IMG/VR virus record: IMGVR_UViG_3300045988_053705
Location: 1-44,725 of that record
DNA from: a virus
Reading direction: 5' to 3' (one strand)
DNA: 44,725 nt
In this document: positions 43,364-44,725 of the stretch, piece by piece
Layout of the letters: the number at the start of each line of letters is the position of its first letter
How positions within the stretch are numbered: the first letter of the stretch is position 1
Notes under the pieces: generated by a model
Told to the model about the DNA's origin: nothing
The model's database searches: none
What the model saw: the letters and a program-made list of their open reading frames with translations, nothing else
Translations under genes and position numbers: made by a program

Positions 43364-43981
43364 ATGATGATTAAAACTTCTGATGGTGAGAAGAATGTAG
43401 CTTCCAAAGGTCTTGGAGGAGCTGCTTTAGGTCTTGCCATTCCTGGCACAGTTGCCTTGGTAAATCAATTGGCAGGTGGTGCATGGGGCTTGGGCAGAGC
43501 TGCTAATGTTGCTGAAAGCAACTGCGGACACAATCATGTAACCCACGATACTCGTGTTATTGGTGCTCTTGAATCTGAGTTGGCTCGTGTTAACTCTGAG
43601 CGTTATGCTGATATGATTGGTATAAACACATACAAAGAAGCTATTGCATTGTCTAATAAGAATGATGACAAGATCAATGCTAACTACAAAGAACTTGCAC
43701 AGTTCATTACTGCTTTAGATAAACAGATTGCTGTTGAAAGAGCTAATACTGAATGCAATTTCCGCTTCTTGGACAACAAGATTGATAGCCGTGCTCGTGA
43801 ACTGTATGAGTATGTCAATGGCCACTTTGTACCTGGTAAATTGATTATGCCTAAATCTAGCATCTGTCCGGAACCGTTGTCTGCTTGTACGCCTGTAACC
43901 TTCCCGGCTCAGGTTGTTACGACTGCTGCTGCTCCTACCACTGGTGAAGTGGCTCTTAACGCTATGAAAGCTAGCAAGTAA
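43364..43981 (+). CDS. Probable abundant virion protein (205 aa) with the same high-expression codon bias as the capsid gene
   Basis: CTG/CGT/CCG codon usage unlike the flanking genes. GGAGAATATAACTATG ribosome-binding site. Confidence 0.45.
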   Translation: MMIKTSDGEKNVASKGLGGAALGLAIPGTVALVNQLAGGAWGLGRAANVAESNCGHNHVTHDTRVIGALESELARVNSERYADMIGINTYKEAIALSNKNDDKINANYKELAQFITALDKQIAVERANTECNFRFLDNKIDSRARELYEYVNGHFVPGKLIMPKSSICPEPLSACTPVTFPAQVVTTAAAPTTGEVALNAMKASK

Positions 43982-43991
43982 GGAGGCAGGA

Positions 43992-44354
43992 ATGTTGGAC
44001 GGTGTGAAAGCTTTGGAGACTCTTCGGCAAATGGTTGATAAGCCTCAACAGAATTATTGGAGTAAGTTAAAGGACTCAACTGGATCTATGGATGTGTCAC
44101 AGATAACCTATGTCATGTCACAAGATTCAGTAAAGGAGAAGTATAGAGAAATGCTAGAGGCCTTTAATAGCTTCTTGTTTGAAAAGTTTAAGGAGGACTT
44201 CTCCGCCGTCCCTACATTCCAACCTGTAGTAGAAGATTATGTGAATGCTGTATTAAAGTCTGCAGAGAATTATGGCAATCATGTAAAGGATCTTGAAGAG
44301 GAAAATAAAAGACTGAGGGAGGCTCTCGATGCTAACAGATGTCAGGCAGAATGA
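43992..44354 (+). CDS. Hypothetical protein (120 aa), coiled-coil C-terminus
   Basis: ORF track. AAGGAGGCAGGAATG ribosome-binding site. Confidence 0.45.
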   Translation: MLDGVKALETLRQMVDKPQQNYWSKLKDSTGSMDVSQITYVMSQDSVKEKYREMLEAFNSFLFEKFKEDFSAVPTFQPVVEDYVNAVLKSAENYGNHVKDLEEENKRLREALDANRCQAE

Positions 44355-44658
44355 ACTTGACTTAGCTGAAGAGAGACTATTCACAGGTCTCTTTGGAAGC
44401 ACTACATTAGATGCAAAAGCTCAATGGCTGTTAAAGTTTCTTGGTATAGATATAAATGATTTAATACAAAATTTTGAAGGCGTAGTGAAACCTTTGATGG
44501 ATGATGATGGGCTGGTTAATGCTGAATTAGCTCGCTCGTTAGTCTCAACAAAATCTCCACTGCTCTCTAATATCATACCTACTTATAACTTTCGTTTGGT
44601 TGATGTGTCTGATGGTGTTGTAGAACTATTGAAAGGACTATTAAATGGAAGAATATAA
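44329..44658 (+). CDS. Hypothetical protein (109 aa). Its 3' end lies within the terminal repeat.
   Basis: ORF track. Confidence 0.4.
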   Translation: MLTDVRQNELDLAEERLFTGLFGSTTLDAKAQWLLKFLGIDINDLIQNFEGVVKPLMDDDGLVNAELARSLVSTKSPLLSNIIPTYNFRLVDVSDGVVELLKGLLNGRI

Positions 44659-44725
44659 GAAGAGGATTTGTGCTGGCATCAGTATGGTGCTTGAGAAATC
44701 TGAAAAGATTGGTAGAGAAAAAAGA
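44607..44725. repeat. Terminal direct repeat (copy 2)
   Basis: Identical to 1..119. Confidence 0.9.

Noticed and set aside
1-44725. tRNA genes, integrase/attP, CI-like repressor, toxin-antitoxin or restriction-modification genes
   Set aside because: I found no cloverleaf-compatible sequence with a GTTC(G/A)A T-loop, no tyrosine or serine recombinase motifs, and no methyltransferase motifs. The genome appears strictly lytic. Confirming absence needs tRNAscan and HMM searches.

Overview
The window appears to be one complete, AT-rich genome of a tailed phage with podovirus-like (T7-like) architecture, about 44.6 kb. Its first 119 bases are repeated exactly at the end (1..119 = 44607..44725).

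Genome layout (treating the window as circular):
- Rightward structural/late operon (31633 -> 44658, continuing across the terminal repeat to 11833): a consensus sigma70 promoter, then a small-terminase candidate, large terminase (ATPase and nuclease motifs), portal, scaffold, major capsid, two fibre proteins, and a T7-like run of large virion proteins of 833, 218, 1496 and 742 aa.
- Leftward early/replication block (30751 -> 11978): family A DNA polymerase (exonuclease and polymerase motifs), T7 gp4-like primase-helicase, acidic-tailed SSB, RuvC-like resolvase, Cas4/RecB-like nuclease, metallophosphoesterase and RNase H. It ends in a GH24 lysozyme that converges on the late operon.

What I could not find: an RNA polymerase, an integrase or repressor, tRNAs, or a CRISPR array.

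Host inference from the sequence: strong Shine-Dalgarno sites, two exact TTGACA-N17-TATAAT promoters, and E. coli-like optimal codons confined to the capsid genes point to a sigma70-using, probably Gram-negative host. They argue against a Bacteroidetes host.

Most unusual content:
- A 2.7 kb regulatory hub of low coding density (28.9-31.6 kb). It holds a promoter-to-terminator antisense noncoding RNA unit, a repeated CCGTACAG motif in inverted pairs about 58-60 bp apart, and a GCTGTTGCAA iteron array with G5 tracts that is a candidate origin.
- A split Zn-ribbon plus RVxGY module resembling the C-terminus of the anaerobic ribonucleotide reductase NrdD, a possible glycyl-radical spare part.
- A small protein with a ferredoxin-thioredoxin-reductase-like Cys cluster.
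- An M20/M28-type metallopeptidase domain in the early block.
- A family of small paralogues whose LGE(L/I) C-termini are written by the ribosome-binding site of the next gene.
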